This document shows positions 51,079 through 61,804 of a DNA stretch of 64,000 nt, in pieces. This DNA is from Burkholderiales bacterium (GTDB taxonomy: Bacteria; Pseudomonadota; Gammaproteobacteria; Burkholderiales; SG8-39): contig DATGDH010000133.1 in assembly GCA_035310985.1 (NCBI GenBank), positions 31,251 through 95,250 on the forward strand, read 5' to 3'. The position numbers were made by a program, and so were the translations under genes. Below the pieces are notes generated by a model. That model was given only the letters and a program-made list of their open reading frames with translations, made no database searches and was not told the DNA's origin. Every line of letters starts with the position of its first letter. Positions within the stretch are counted from its first letter, which is position 1.

Positions 51079-51366
51079 ATGAAGGCGCGACTGATTCTGA
51101 TAGTTAGCGCGGCGCTCGCTGCGGGCAATGTCCTTGCGCAAGCCGCCGTAACGGTGAGCGTCGCCGCGCACGTCCTCGCCTCGTGCACCACGACGACGGC
51201 GCATCCGCAGTCGACCTGCAGCCAGCAAACCGTCGCCCAGCAGAGCAACGTCGTCGGCGCTTCGGCGAGAATCTCGACGACCACGAACGACGTAGGGGTC
51301 ACGCAGAATGGCGGGCCGTCTCCGAAGATCGAGCTGAGCGGCAACCAGGCTACGGTCACCTTCTAG
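51079..51366 (+). CDS. Small secreted beta-rich protein with a Csu/spore-coat-U-like N-terminus
   Basis: Signal peptide; VSVAAHVLASC; second Cys; ends TVTF. Confidence 0.6.
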   Translation: MKARLILIVSAALAAGNVLAQAAVTVSVAAHVLASCTTTTAHPQSTCSQQTVAQQSNVVGASARISTTTNDVGVTQNGGPSPKIELSGNQATVTF

Positions 51367-51430
51367 CCGCAGGCTTGAACGGCGCCCGGGCGGCCCCATC
51401 TTCTTCGGCGGATACCGGCCGGAGGAACCC

Positions 51431-51820
51431 ATGAGCAAGTACGCATTCGGCAAGACCGTCGCCCTCGACCCCACCGCCGCGGTGCAGAAGGTGACCGAGG
51501 CGCTCGCCAAGGAAGGATTCGGCGTGCTCACCGAGATCGACGTCGCGGCGACCATGAAGAAGAAGCTCGGCCTCGAGCTGCCGCCGTACAAGATCCTCGG
51601 CGCCTGCAACCCGCAGCTCGCCAGCAAGGCGATCGCCGTAGAGCCCGAAATCGGCGCCCTCCTGCCGTGCAACGTGGTGGTGCGCCAGGACGCGACGGGC
51701 AAGACGCGCGTGGAGTTCATGGATCCGAGCGCTGTCCTGACGCTCGTGGATCGGCCGGAGATGGGGACGCTCGCGGCCGAAGTGCGCGGCCGGCTCGAGC
51801 GGGTCATGGCCGCTCTGTGA
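51431..51820 (+). CDS. DUF302 protein
   Basis: [25 protein letters not shown]; strong SD GGAGG. Confidence 0.88.
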   Translation: MSKYAFGKTVALDPTAAVQKVTEALAKEGFGVLTEIDVAATMKKKLGLELPPYKILGACNPQLASKAIAVEPEIGALLPCNVVVRQDATGKTRVEFMDPSAVLTLVDRPEMGTLAAEVRGRLERVMAAL

Positions 51821-51858
51821 GCGCCGCGGGCGGCGCGCGCCCGAGGTAGAATTCGCGC

Positions 51859-52062
51859 ATGATCCAGGTGACAGTGAACGGCGCCCCGCACCGCTTCGAG
51901 CGGCCGCTCGACGTGGCGGCGCTGCTCGCGCGCCTCGAGCTCGCGGGCAAGAAGATCGCGGTGGAGCGAAACGGCGAGATCGTGCCAAAGAGCGCGCACG
52001 CCGCGACCCAGCTCGCCGACGGCGACGCGCTCGAGATCGTGGTCGCGGTGGGCGGAGGCTGA
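51859..52062 (+). CDS. thiS: Sulfur carrier protein ThiS
   Basis: [11 protein letters not shown]-terminal VGGG. Confidence 0.94.
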   Translation: MIQVTVNGAPHRFERPLDVAALLARLELAGKKIAVERNGEIVPKSAHAATQLADGDALEIVVAVGGG

Positions 52063-52064
52063 GC

Positions 52065-52874
52065 ATGGCGGCGCAGGACGAGCTTCTCGTCGCGGGTCGC
52101 GCATACTCCTCGCGCCTGCTGGTTGGCACCGGCAAGTACAAGGACTTCGCCGAAACGCGCGCGGCGATCGAAGCCTCCGGCGCCCAGATCGTGACGGTGG
52201 CGATCCGGCGCACCAACATCGGCCAGAACCGCGGCGAGCCTTCGCTGCTCGAGTTCCTGCCGCCGTCGAAGTTCACCTACCTGCCGAATACCGCCGGCTG
52301 CTACAACGCGCAGGACGCGGTGCGCACGCTGCGCCTTGCGCGCGAGCTGCTCGACGGCCACAGGCTGGTCAAGCTCGAGGTGCTCGGCGACCCGCAATCG
52401 CTCTACCCGAACATGCCCGAGACGCTCGAGGCGGCGAAGACGCTGGTAAAAGAGGGCTTCGAGGTGATGGTGTACTGCTCGGACGACCCCATCCAGGCGA
52501 AGATGCTCGAGGACATGGGCTGCGTGGCGGTGATGCCGCTCGCCTCGCTGATCGGCTCGGGAATGGGAATCCTCAATCCCTGGAACCTGCAGCTCGTGAT
52601 CGAGCGCGTCGGCGTGCCGGTACTCGTCGACGCGGGCGTGGGCACCGCATCGGACGCCGCGATCGCGATGGAGCTCGGCTGCGACGGCGTGCTCATGAAC
52701 ACGGCGATCGCCGCTGCGAAGAATCCGGTCCTCATGGCGCAGGCGATGAGAAAGGCGGTGGAAGCGGGCAGGCAGGCGTTCCTCGCCGGACGCATGCCGA
52801 AGAAGCTCTATTCGGCGACGCCCTCCTCGCCGAGCGCGGGAACCATCGCAGCGTCGCAGCCCAAGGCTGCGTGA
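52065..52874 (+). CDS. thiG: Thiazole synthase
   Basis: [37 protein letters not shown]. Confidence 0.96.
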   Translation: MAAQDELLVAGRAYSSRLLVGTGKYKDFAETRAAIEASGAQIVTVAIRRTNIGQNRGEPSLLEFLPPSKFTYLPNTAGCYNAQDAVRTLRLARELLDGHRLVKLEVLGDPQSLYPNMPETLEAAKTLVKEGFEVMVYCSDDPIQAKMLEDMGCVAVMPLASLIGSGMGILNPWNLQLVIERVGVPVLVDAGVGTASDAAIAMELGCDGVLMNTAIAAAKNPVLMAQAMRKAVEAGRQAFLAGRMPKKLYSATPSSPSAGTIAASQPKAA

Positions 52875-53542
52875 CGCGCCAGATCCGCAGCTACGTGCTG
52901 CGCCAGGGCAGAACGACGCCCGCGCAGCAGCGCGCGCTCGACGAGCTCTTCGCCCGCTACGGCATCCCCTTTCGCGACGCGCCGCTCGATGCAACCGAGG
53001 TTTTCGGCCGCCGTGCGCCGCTCGTGCTCGAGATCGGCTCCGGCATGGGCGAGACCACCGCGGCGATCGCGCAGGCCGAACCCGAGACCGATTTCATCGC
53101 GGTCGAAGTGCATGCGCCGGGAGTCGGAAGCCTATTGCGGAAGATACAGGCACTGGATTTGCGCAACCTGCGGGTCGTACGCCACGACGCGGTCGAAGTG
53201 CTCGCGGGCATGATCCCGGACGGCGCGCTCGCCGGTATTCATCTCTTCTTCCCCGACCCCTGGCCGAAGAAGCGCCATCACAAGAGGCGCCTGGTGCAGC
53301 CGGCGTTCGCGGCGCTCGCCGCGCGCAAGCTCGCTCCCGGCGGGACCCTGCACGCCGCCACCGACTGGCCCGAGTACGCCGAGCAGATGCTCGCGGTACT
53401 CGGCGCCGAGCCGCTCTTAGAGAACACCGTCGCCGGCTACGCGGCGCGCCCCGCGCGGCGCCCGCACACCAAGTTCGAGCAGCGCGGCCTCGCGCGCGGC
53501 CACCCGGTGCGCAACCTGGTATTCCGGCGCCGCGCGCCCTAG
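52871..53542 (+). CDS. trmB: tRNA (guanine-N7)-methyltransferase
   Basis: [30 protein letters not shown]. Confidence 0.96.
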   Translation: MTRQIRSYVLRQGRTTPAQQRALDELFARYGIPFRDAPLDATEVFGRRAPLVLEIGSGMGETTAAIAQAEPETDFIAVEVHAPGVGSLLRKIQALDLRNLRVVRHDAVEVLAGMIPDGALAGIHLFFPDPWPKKRHHKRRLVQPAFAALAARKLAPGGTLHAATDWPEYAEQMLAVLGAEPLLENTVAGYAARPARRPHTKFEQRGLARGHPVRNLVFRRRAP

Positions 53543-54708
53543 GGCAGGAACAGCGCGAGCGCCTCGTTCAGGAAGCGCTGCCCGCGCGCCGTGGGACGCA
53601 CGCGCTGCCAGTCGCGCTCGACGAAGCCCTGCTCGTCGGCGCGCGCGAGCGCGGGCTCGAGCGCGGCGAGCGGCAGGCCGGTCCGCTCGCGAAACAGCGC
53701 GAGCGGGAAGCCCGCGGTGAGCCGCAGCGCGTTGAGCATGAACTCGAAGGCCAGCTCGCCGGCGGCAACATCCTTCTCGAGCGCGATCGTCTTGCCCTCG
53801 GCGCGCAGGTAGTCGCGCGGCTGCTTGACGCGCTCGTGGCGCGTGATGCGCTCGGCGAAGCTGATCTTGCCGTGCGCGCCGGCGCCGAGGCCGAGGTAAT
53901 CGCCGAACTGCCAGTAGTTCAGGTTGTGGCGCGAGCGCCGCCCTGGCAGCGCGAAGGCCGAGGTCTCGTAGTGCTCGAAGCCGCGGGCGGCGAGCGCCTC
54001 CTCCACGGCGAGCTGCATGTCGGCGCAGGCATCGTGCGCCGGCAGCACGGGCGGACGGCGCCAGAAAGCCGTGTTCGGCTCGATCATGAGCTGGTAGGCC
54101 GAGACGTGCTGCACGCCAAAGGCCGCGGCCTGCTCGATTTCAGCGCGCGCTGCCTCCGGTGTTTGCCCAGGCAGGCCGTACATCAGGTCGACGTTCACGT
54201 TGTCGAAGCTCGCGAGCGCGAGCTCGACCGCGCGCCGCGCCTCGTCGGCGGAGTGGATGCGGCCGAGCGCCGCGAGCATACGATCGTCCAGGCTCTGCAC
54301 GCCGAGCGACAGGCGATTGACGCCCGCGGCGCGATAGCCGCGAAAGCGCGCGGCCTCCACGGTGCCGGGATTCGCCTCGAGCGTCACCTCCGCGCCGGGC
54401 TCGAGCGGCAGGCGCGCGCGCAATTCGGACAGCAGCCGCTCGATCGCCGCGGCCGAGAACAGGCTCGGCGTGCCCCCGCCGATGAACACGCTCGCAGCGC
54501 GCCGGCCCCACACCGAAGGCAGCAGCGCTTCGAGGTCGGCCACCAGCGCGTCGACGTACTCGCGCTCGGGCAGCTCGCCCGTTCGCTCATGCGAGTTGAA
54601 ATCGCAGTACGGGCACTTGCGCACGCACCAGGGGATGTGCACGTATACGGCGAGCGGCGGCAGCGCCTCGAGCCGCACCCGGTCGGCGCGCTCAAGCTCG
54701 ATCTTCAT
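53539..54708 (-). CDS. hemW: Radical SAM heme chaperone HemW
   Basis: [33 protein letters not shown]. Confidence 0.92.
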   Translation of the reverse strand: MKIELERADRVRLEALPPLAVYVHIPWCVRKCPYCDFNSHERTGELPEREYVDALVADLEALLPSVWGRRAASVFIGGGTPSLFSAAAIERLLSELRARLPLEPGAEVTLEANPGTVEAARFRGYRAAGVNRLSLGVQSLDDRMLAALGRIHSADEARRAVELALASFDNVNVDLMYGLPGQTPEAARAEIEQAAAFGVQHVSAYQLMIEPNTAFWRRPPVLPAHDACADMQLAVEEALAARGFEHYETSAFALPGRRSRHNLNYWQFGDYLGLGAGAHGKISFAERITRHERVKQPRDYLRAEGKTIALEKDVAAGELAFEFMLNALRLTAGFPLALFRERTGLPLAALEPALARADEQGFVERDWQRVRPTARGQRFLNEALALFLP

Positions 54709-55300
54709 TTCTCAGGCGCGCGGCGAGCGCCGCGAGCGCCCGCCCTCGGTGGCTGACGCGGTTCTTCTCCTCGGCCGCGAGCTCGGCCGCGGTGCGGCCG
54801 GTCCCGGGCACGAGGAAGAGGGGATCGTAGCCAAAGCCCCCGCCGCCGCGCGCTGCGTGCGCGATTTCTCCGTGCCAAGCGCCCTCGGCGACGATCGGCC
54901 GCGGGTCCCCGGCGCTGTGCAGCAGTACGAGCACGCAGTAGTAGTGCGCGCGCCGGTCGGCCACGTTTTGCAGCGCCTCGAGGAGCCTGGCGTTGTTGCG
55001 GGCGTCGCGCGCCTCGCGCCCGCCTTCCCGGCCGGCGTAGTACGCGGAATGCACGCCCGGCTCTCCGCCGAGCGCGTCGACGCAGATGCCCGAATCGTCG
55101 GCGAGCGCAGGCAGCCCGGCCGCCGCGCTCGCGTGGCGCGCTTTGGCGAGCGCGTTCTCGAGGAAGGTGCGATGCGGCTCCTCGGCCTCGCCGATGCCGA
55201 GCTCGGCCTGCGTCACCACCTCGATCGCGAGCGGCGCGAGCAGGGCCCGGATCTCTTTCAGCTTGCCCGGATTGTTGGAGGCGAGGACGAGCTTGTTCAC
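54705..55300 (-). CDS. rdgB: dITP/XTP pyrophosphatase
   Basis: [35 protein letters not shown]. Confidence 0.95.
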
Positions 55301-56013
55301 GGCGCGAGCGCGGCGCGCTGGCGCGCCACCAGCTCGCCGATGCCACGCTCGGCGAGCGCGAGCAGCGCGTCCATTTCGGCGCGCGAGTAGGGCGCACCTT
55401 CGGCGGTGCCCTGCACCTCGACGAAGCCTCCCGAGCCGGTCATCACCACGTTCATGTCGCTGTCGCAGGCCGAGTCCTCGGCGTAGTCCAGGTCGAGCAG
55501 CACGACGCCGCGGTATATCCCGACGGAAACACCCGCCACGAAGTCCTTCACAGGCAGCGCGACAAGCAATCCGCGCGTTTTCATCCATGCGAGCGCGTCG
55601 TGCACCGCGACGAAAGCGCCGGTGATCGCCGCGGTGCGCGTGCCGCCGTCGGCCTGCAGCACGTCGCAGTCGACCTGGATCGTGCGCTCGCCGAGCGCAT
55701 CGAGATCGATCGCTGCGCGCAACGCCCGGCCGATCAGCCGCTGGATCTCGAGCGTGCGCCCGGACTGCCGGCCGCGCGCCGCCTCGCGCTCGGTGCGCGT
55801 GTTGGTGGCGCGCGGCAGCATGCCGTACTCCGCGGTCAGCCAGCCGCGCCCCTTCCCCTGCAGGAAGGGCGGGACGCGCTGCTCGACGCTCGCCGTGCAC
55901 AGCACGCGCGTATCGCCGAACTCCGCGAGCACCGATCCTTCGGCGTGTCGCGTCCAGCCGCGCGTCAAGCGCACGGCGCGCAACTCTTCGGGCCTCCTGC
56001 CGCTCGGCCTCAT
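55297..56013 (-). CDS. rph: Ribonuclease PH
   Basis: [40 protein letters not shown]. Confidence 0.96.
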   Translation of the reverse strand: MRPSGRRPEELRAVRLTRGWTRHAEGSVLAEFGDTRVLCTASVEQRVPPFLQGKGRGWLTAEYGMLPRATNTRTEREAARGRQSGRTLEIQRLIGRALRAAIDLDALGERTIQVDCDVLQADGGTRTAAITGAFVAVHDALAWMKTRGLLVALPVKDFVAGVSVGIYRGVVLLDLDYAEDSACDSDMNVVMTGSGGFVEVQGTAEGAPYSRAEMDALLALAERGIGELVARQRAALAP

Positions 56014-56918
56014 CCCGGGCCCGTGTGCTTGCGCAAGGCCCTGCGGATATCGGCGATCGCGCGCTCGATGTCCTCGTCGGTCATTTCCAGGAAATCCGGT
56101 TCGATTGCGGCTAGGTCCTGCACGTCGGTCGGCAGCTCGTGGAACGGCAGCGTATGCGGCTCGTCCGCCGGCGCGATTTCGTTTTCGCCCCAGCACATCG
56201 CCACCGCGGACACATTATCGCACTCCCGTCCGCCGCGGGTCTCGGCGAGCGCGACCAGCTCGGCGACCGCTGGTTCGAGCTCCCTGGCGATCAGCGAGTG
56301 CAGCAGCTGGCGCTGCGTGAGCGGGCCCCACAGGCCGTCCGAGCAGAGCAGCACGATGTCGTCCTCGAGCAGGCGCGCGCTCGAGGCGGGCGCGAGCCGC
56401 GGCGGCCTGTCGCCGCCCAGGCACTGCAGCACCTTGTTGCGGTCCGGGTGCGTGGCGAGCGCCTCCTCGCGCAGCAGGCCGTGGTCGAGCAGCAGCTGCA
56501 CCCGGGTATGGTCGCGAGTGCGCGATAGCACGCGCCCCTTGCGTACGAGGTAGAGGCGCGAATCGCCGACGTGCGACCAGTAGGCGTAGCCGTTCTGCAC
56601 GACGCAGGCGACGATGACGGTGCGCGGGGTCTCCTCCAACCCGAGCTTGCGCGCCTCCTGGTGCAGCATGGCGTGCACCCGCCCGATGCTGCGGAACAGA
56701 AAGATGTCGGGATTGGCGAGGCTGGGCTTCGCGTCGCGCTTGAACGCCTCGATCATCTGCGCGAGCGCGAGTTGCGCCGCGACGTCCCCGTGCCGGTGGC
56801 CGCCCATGCCGTCGGCGACCACCATGATTAGCGCGTCGCTCGTGGCCCAGTGGCCAACGCGGTCCTGGTTGTACGGCCGCGCGCCTGGGCGGCTAAGCTG
56901 GGCGATCGTGTACTTCAT
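56010..56918 (-). CDS. PP2C-family Ser/Thr phosphatase
   Basis: [29 protein letters not shown]. Confidence 0.92.
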   Translation of the reverse strand: MKYTIAQLSRPGARPYNQDRVGHWATSDALIMVVADGMGGHRHGDVAAQLALAQMIEAFKRDAKPSLANPDIFLFRSIGRVHAMLHQEARKLGLEETPRTVIVACVVQNGYAYWSHVGDSRLYLVRKGRVLSRTRDHTRVQLLLDHGLLREEALATHPDRNKVLQCLGGDRPPRLAPASSARLLEDDIVLLCSDGLWGPLTQRQLLHSLIARELEPAVAELVALAETRGGRECDNVSAVAMCWGENEIAPADEPHTLPFHELPTDVQDLAAIEPDFLEMTDEDIERAIADIRRALRKHTGPG

Positions 56919-56930
56919 CTCCCGCGCACA

Positions 56931-57887
56931 TCACAGTACCCGGCGCTTCGTGATCTTGACGAGCGCGTCGCGCATCTGGTCGAGCACCGGCACCCCCCTG
57001 CGCGGCACGGGCTCTCCCTTGCCGAGCAACGCCTTTTGCAGCGCGAACACGCTCTGCGGCCGCTCGAGGTGATCCAGGCGCAGACACCAGTCGACAATAT
57101 CGAGCAGCTCGTTCGAGTACTTGCCGGCCCAGCTCTTGCGCGCGGAGACGAGCCGGTCCTTCTGCTGGCGCTGCTCTGCGGGCTGCGGCGCGTTCGCGCC
57201 GAGGCAGGCGTAAATGCTCGCGCCGACGGAGTAGATGTCGCTCCAGGGCCCGAGGTGCTCGCGCGCGCCGTGATGCTCGGGCGAGGAGAAACCCGGCGTG
57301 TACATCGGCGGCAGCTTGGTGCCTTCCTCCGAGAGCGTCTGCCGCGCGGCGCCGAAGTCGAGCAGCAGCGGCGTGCCGTCGTTGCGAACGTAGATGTTGC
57401 CCGGCTTGATGTCCAGGTGCAGCAGCTTGTTGGAATGGACCTCGCGCAGGCCGTTCAGCAGCTGCGCGAAGGTGCGTCGCACCCAGGACTCGCGCAGCGC
57501 CCCGCGGTGCGCGTGAATGTGCTCCTGCAGCGTGCGCCCGCGCTCGTAGCGCATCACCATGTACACGGTCTCGTTGGCGCGGAAGAAGTTGAGCACGCGC
57601 ACCACGTTCGGATGATTGAGCTTCGCGAGCGCCTTGCCCTCATCGAAGAAGCAGCGCAGGCCGTAGCGGAAGGCGGCGAGATTGGATTCGGATACGTCGG
57701 GCGCCGGGTCCGTGCCGACGCGCAGGGCGAGCGTCGAGGGCAGGAACTCCTTGATCGCCACCGGCGCCTCGTTCTCGTCGTGCGCGAGGTACACGAACGA
57801 GAATCCTCCCGAGGCCAGCACTCTGAGCAAGCGGTAATTCAGCAGCTGATAACCTTCCGGCAGCGGCTGGTTGGCTTGGGATGGCAT
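56931..57887 (-). CDS. Hanks-type Ser/Thr protein kinase (non-RD, cytoplasmic)
   Basis: SGGFSFVY, AIKE, HLDIKPGN, DFG, SPE, SDIYS. Confidence 0.92.
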   Translation of the reverse strand: MPSQANQPLPEGYQLLNYRLLRVLASGGFSFVYLAHDENEAPVAIKEFLPSTLALRVGTDPAPDVSESNLAAFRYGLRCFFDEGKALAKLNHPNVVRVLNFFRANETVYMVMRYERGRTLQEHIHAHRGALRESWVRRTFAQLLNGLREVHSNKLLHLDIKPGNIYVRNDGTPLLLDFGAARQTLSEEGTKLPPMYTPGFSSPEHHGAREHLGPWSDIYSVGASIYACLGANAPQPAEQRQQKDRLVSARKSWAGKYSNELLDIVDWCLRLDHLERPQSVFALQKALLGKGEPVPRRGVPVLDQMRDALVKITKRRVL

Positions 57888-57910
57888 CGACCTTATGATA
57901 CGCGTTCCCC

Positions 57911-58777
57911 ATGATTCAAAGCATGACCGGTTACGCAGTCGCGACCGCCGACACGCCGCGCGGTGTGCTCAGCCTCGAGTTGCGAGCGGTCAACTCGCGC
58001 TACCTGGATCTGCAGTTTCGCGTCGCGGACGAGCTGCGCGCGCTCGAGCCGCTGCTGCGCGAATTGCTCGCTGCGCGCGTCGCGCGCGGCAAGGTCGATT
58101 GCCGTCTGTACTTCGCCGCCGGCGGCGCGCGGCCGCAGGCGCAGACCCTGAACGCAGCCGCGCTCGAGGACCTGCGCCGGCTCGCCGCGCAGGCTGACGC
58201 GGCTTTTCCCGGCGCTGCGCCGCTCGCGCTCGCGGACGTGCTGCGCTGGCCGGGCGTACTCGCCGAGCCATCGCTCGACGAGGAGCGCACGCGCGCCACG
58301 GTCGAAGAGCTGTGCCGCAGGGCACTGGAGGAGTTCGTCGCGACGCGTGCGCGCGAGGGCGCGAAGCTGGCGGCGAGCGTCGCCGAGCGCGTCGCGCGCA
58401 TGCGCAGCAGGCTCGAAGAGGTGCGCCCGCTCATTCCCGCAGCGCTCGCCGCATTCCAGGACAAGCTCGCCGCGCGCCTGCGCGAGGCGCTCGGCGCGGC
58501 GGACGAGGAGCGCGTCCGGGCCGAGCTCGCCGTGTTCGCCATGAAGACCGACGTCGACGAAGAGCTCACCCGGCTGTCCGCGCACCTGGACGAGACCGAG
58601 CGCACGCTCGCGAAGGGCGGCGCGGTCGGCAAGCGGCTCGATTTCCTCGCCCAGGAGCTGAATCGCGAGGCCAATACGCTCGCCTCCAAGTCCGCGACGC
58701 AGAAGGTCTCCGACTGCGCGCTCGAAATCAAGCTGCTCGTCGAGCAGATGCGCGAGCAGGTGCAGAACATGGAGTAG
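57911..58777 (+). CDS. yicC: YicC family endoribonuclease
   Basis: SMTGY, VNSRY, RGKV, EELTRL, QELNREANT, EQVQN. Confidence 0.93.
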   Translation: MIQSMTGYAVATADTPRGVLSLELRAVNSRYLDLQFRVADELRALEPLLRELLAARVARGKVDCRLYFAAGGARPQAQTLNAAALEDLRRLAAQADAAFPGAAPLALADVLRWPGVLAEPSLDEERTRATVEELCRRALEEFVATRAREGAKLAASVAERVARMRSRLEEVRPLIPAALAAFQDKLAARLREALGAADEERVRAELAVFAMKTDVDEELTRLSAHLDETERTLAKGGAVGKRLDFLAQELNREANTLASKSATQKVSDCALEIKLLVEQMREQVQNME

Positions 58778-58785
58778 CCAGGCAG

Positions 58786-59382
58786 GTGAGCGGCCTTCTA
58801 TTCGTGATCACGGCGCCCTCCGGCGCGGGCAAGAGCTCGCTCATCAGGGCCGCGCTCGCCGAGGAGAGCGGCGTCAGGCTTTCGATCTCCTACACGACGC
58901 GCACCCCGCGCCCCGGCGAGCAGAACGGCCGCGAGTACCACTTCGTCGACGACGCGACCTTCCTCGCGATGCTCGGGCGCGGCGAGTTCCTGGAGAGCGC
59001 CCTGGTGCACGGCAATCGCTACGGCACCTCGCACAAGGCGATCGCCGGGGCGCTCGAGAGCGGCAACGACCTCGTGCTGGAGATCGACTGGCAGGGCGCG
59101 CAACAGGTGCGCCGGCTGCTGCCCGAGTGCGTTTCTATCTTCGTGCTGCCGCCCTCGCTCGAGGAGCTCGAGCGGCGCATGCGCGCACGCGCGCAGGACA
59201 GCGAGCAAGTCATCGCGCGTCGCATGGCCGGAGCGCGCGAGGAGCTGTCGCACGCCCCGGAGTCGGATTATGTTATTATTAACAAAGACTTCGATACCGC
59301 CAAGCGCGACCTGCTGGCGATCATGCGCGCCGCGCGCCTGGTCACGCGGCGGCAGCTCGGCCGCCACCCTGAACTCTTTTGA
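58786..59382 (+). CDS. gmk: Guanylate kinase
   Basis: APSGAGKS, TTRTPRPGE, YHFV, YGT, EIDWQGA. Confidence 0.95.
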   Translation: MSGLLFVITAPSGAGKSSLIRAALAEESGVRLSISYTTRTPRPGEQNGREYHFVDDATFLAMLGRGEFLESALVHGNRYGTSHKAIAGALESGNDLVLEIDWQGAQQVRRLLPECVSIFVLPPSLEELERRMRARAQDSEQVIARRMAGAREELSHAPESDYVIINKDFDTAKRDLLAIMRAARLVTRRQLGRHPELF

Positions 59383-59397
59383 ACGGAAACCCCCGAC

Positions 59398-59625
59398 ATG
59401 GCTCGCATCACTGTTGACGACTGCCTGAAGAGAATTCCAAACCGCTTCCAGCTCACGCTCGCCGCGACGTACCGCGCACGCCAGCTCACCGCAGGCGCCT
59501 CGCCGCTGCTCGAGCCGCAGAAGGACAAGCCGACCGTCATCGCCTTGCGCGAGATCGCGGTTGGCAAGGTCGGAATCGAGGTGCTCAGGCGCAATCCCAG
59601 CCCGCCCGTACCGGGTAGCGTCTGA
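59398..59625 (+). CDS. rpoZ: RNA polymerase omega subunit
   Basis: [24 protein letters not shown]. Confidence 0.96.
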   Translation: MARITVDDCLKRIPNRFQLTLAATYRARQLTAGASPLLEPQKDKPTVIALREIAVGKVGIEVLRRNPSPPVPGSV

Positions 59626-59665
59626 CCCGGTACGCAATGCGCGGCCATTCGGGTAGGCTCCCCGA

Positions 59666-61804
59666 ATGGCCGCCGTCACGACGCTCGACGAGACCCGCTT
59701 CGCCTACCTGAAGCCGGCGGACGTCGCCCGCCTGGCCGACGCCTACCGCTTCTCGGAGGCGGCGCATGCGGGGCAGAAGCGCCAGTCGGGCGACCCCTAC
59801 ATCTCGCATCCGCTCGCGGTCGCCGACATCCTCGCGAGCTGGCGCCTGGACGGCCAGACGCTGATGGCCGCCCTGCTGCACGACACGCTGGAAGACGCCT
59901 CGGTCACCAAGACCGAGATCGCCGAGACTTTCGGCAAGCCGGTCGCCGAGCTGGTCGACGGCGTGTCCAAGCTAGACAAGATCGAGTTCCAGACCGCGCA
60001 GGACGCGCAGGCTGAGAACTTTCGCAAGATGCTGCTGGCGATGGCGCGCGACGTGCGCGTCATCCTGATCAAGCTCGCCGACCGGCTGCACAACATGCGC
60101 ACGCTCGACGCCGTTCCGCCCGCCAAGCGCCGGCGCATCGCGCGCGAGACGATGGAAATCTACGCGCCGATCGCCAACCGCCTCGGGCTGAACGCGCTCT
60201 ACCACGAGCTGCAGGAGCTCGCCTTCGCCCACCTGTACCCGCTGCGCTACAAGGTGCTCGCGCGCGCCACCCGCGCCGCGCGCGGGAACCGGCGCGAGGT
60301 GATCGGCAAGACTGAAGCCGCGCTCAAAGCGAGGCTCGCCGAAGCGGGCATCCGCGCGGCCGTCACCGGACGTGAGAAGCACCTTTATTCGGTCTACAAG
60401 AAGATGGTCGAGAAGCACCTCTCGTTCTCGGAGGTGCACGACATCTACGGCTTTCGCGTGATCGTCGGCGAGGTGCGCGACTGCTACCTCGCGCTCGGCG
60501 CGCTGCACGGCCTGTACAAACCGGTGCCGGGCAAGTTCAAGGACTACGTCGCCATCCCCAAGGCGAACGGCTACCAGGCGCTGCACACCACGCTGATCGA
60601 TCCCTACGGTCTGCCGGTCGAGGTCCAGATCCGCACCGAGCACATGCATCACGTGGCCGAATCCGGGGTCGCCTCGCACTGGATGTACAAGGACGAAGAG
60701 AGCCAGCTGTCCGACCTGCAGCGCCAGACCCACCTGTGGCTGCAGTCGCTCCTGGAGATTCAGAACCAGTCGGGCGATTCGGCCGAGTTCCTGGAGAACG
60801 TAAAGGTCGACCTGTTCCCCGACCAGGTATACGTGTTCACCCCGAAGGGCAAGATCATGTCGCTGCCGCGCGGCGCGACGGCAGTGGACTTCGCCTACGC
60901 GGTGCACACCGACATCGGCAACCGCTGCGTGGCGGCGAAAGTGAACGGCGAGCTGGTGCCGCTGCGCAGCGAGCTGAAGAACGGCGACCGCGTCGAGATC
61001 ATCACCGCGAGCCACGCCAAGCCAAATCCCGCGTGGCTGCAGTACGTGCGCACCGGCAAGGCGCGCTCCAACATCCGGCACTTTCTCAAGACCATGCGCT
61101 ACGAAGAGTCGGCGAGCCTCGGCGAGCGGCTGCTCGAGCAGTCGCTCAAGGCGCTCGGAACCGACCTCGCAGAGATCGACGAGGCGAGCTGGGAGCGCGT
61201 GATCCGCGACACCGTCGGCAACACCCGGCAGGAGCTGCTCGCAGACATCGGCCTGGGCAAGCAGCTGCCGGCGGTGATCGCGCGGCGACTGCTGCTGCAC
61301 GCCGGCTCGGTGCGCGAGGACGCCAAAGCCGCCGCAATGTCCGGTGCGGTCATGATCCGCGGCACCGAGGGCATGGCGGTGCAGCTCGCCTCGTGCTGCC
61401 GCCCGATTCCTGGCGACGCCATCGTGGGCTCGATCAAGAAGGGCCAGGGGCTGATCGTGCACGCGGCCGACTGTGCACTGATCGCGCGCTCGCGCCGCAA
61501 CGAGCCGGAGCAGTGGATCGACGTCGAGTGGGACCCCGCGGCGACGCGGCTGTTCCTCACCACGATCAAAGTCATGGTCGCCAATCAGCGCGGCGTGCTA
61601 GCCAAGGTCGCCTCCGAGATCGCCGACGCGGGCTCGAACATCGATTCGATAAGCATGGAGGAGGAACGCTCGGTGTACGCCAACATGCTTTTCGTGCTCG
61701 AGGTCGCGAACCGCCAGCACTTGGCGCGGCTGATGCGTGCGCTCAGGCGGCTTCCAGACGTGAAGAAGATCTCGCGCGTGCGCGAGGAGCGCGGTGCCGC
61801 CTAG
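59666..61804 (+). CDS. spoT: Bifunctional (p)ppGpp synthetase/hydrolase
   Basis: HD motif LHDTLED, KLADRLHN, EVQIRT, TGS FTPKG, CCRPIPGD, ACT domain. Confidence 0.95.
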   Translation: MAAVTTLDETRFAYLKPADVARLADAYRFSEAAHAGQKRQSGDPYISHPLAVADILASWRLDGQTLMAALLHDTLEDASVTKTEIAETFGKPVAELVDGVSKLDKIEFQTAQDAQAENFRKMLLAMARDVRVILIKLADRLHNMRTLDAVPPAKRRRIARETMEIYAPIANRLGLNALYHELQELAFAHLYPLRYKVLARATRAARGNRREVIGKTEAALKARLAEAGIRAAVTGREKHLYSVYKKMVEKHLSFSEVHDIYGFRVIVGEVRDCYLALGALHGLYKPVPGKFKDYVAIPKANGYQALHTTLIDPYGLPVEVQIRTEHMHHVAESGVASHWMYKDEESQLSDLQRQTHLWLQSLLEIQNQSGDSAEFLENVKVDLFPDQVYVFTPKGKIMSLPRGATAVDFAYAVHTDIGNRCVAAKVNGELVPLRSELKNGDRVEIITASHAKPNPAWLQYVRTGKARSNIRHFLKTMRYEESASLGERLLEQSLKALGTDLAEIDEASWERVIRDTVGNTRQELLADIGLGKQLPAVIARRLLLHAGSVREDAKAAAMSGAVMIRGTEGMAVQLASCCRPIPGDAIVGSIKKGQGLIVHAADCALIARSRRNEPEQWIDVEWDPAATRLFLTTIKVMVANQRGVLAKVASEIADAGSNIDSISMEEERSVYANMLFVLEVANRQHLARLMRALRRLPDVKKISRVREERGAA

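Noticed and set aside
51820..51858. TPP riboswitch before thiS-thiG
   Set aside because: The spacer is only 38 bp and lacks TPP aptamer motifs.
56010..57887. Kinase/phosphatase as T6SS PpkA/PppA
   Set aside because: No T6SS genes in the window and the kinase has no TM or periplasmic domain.
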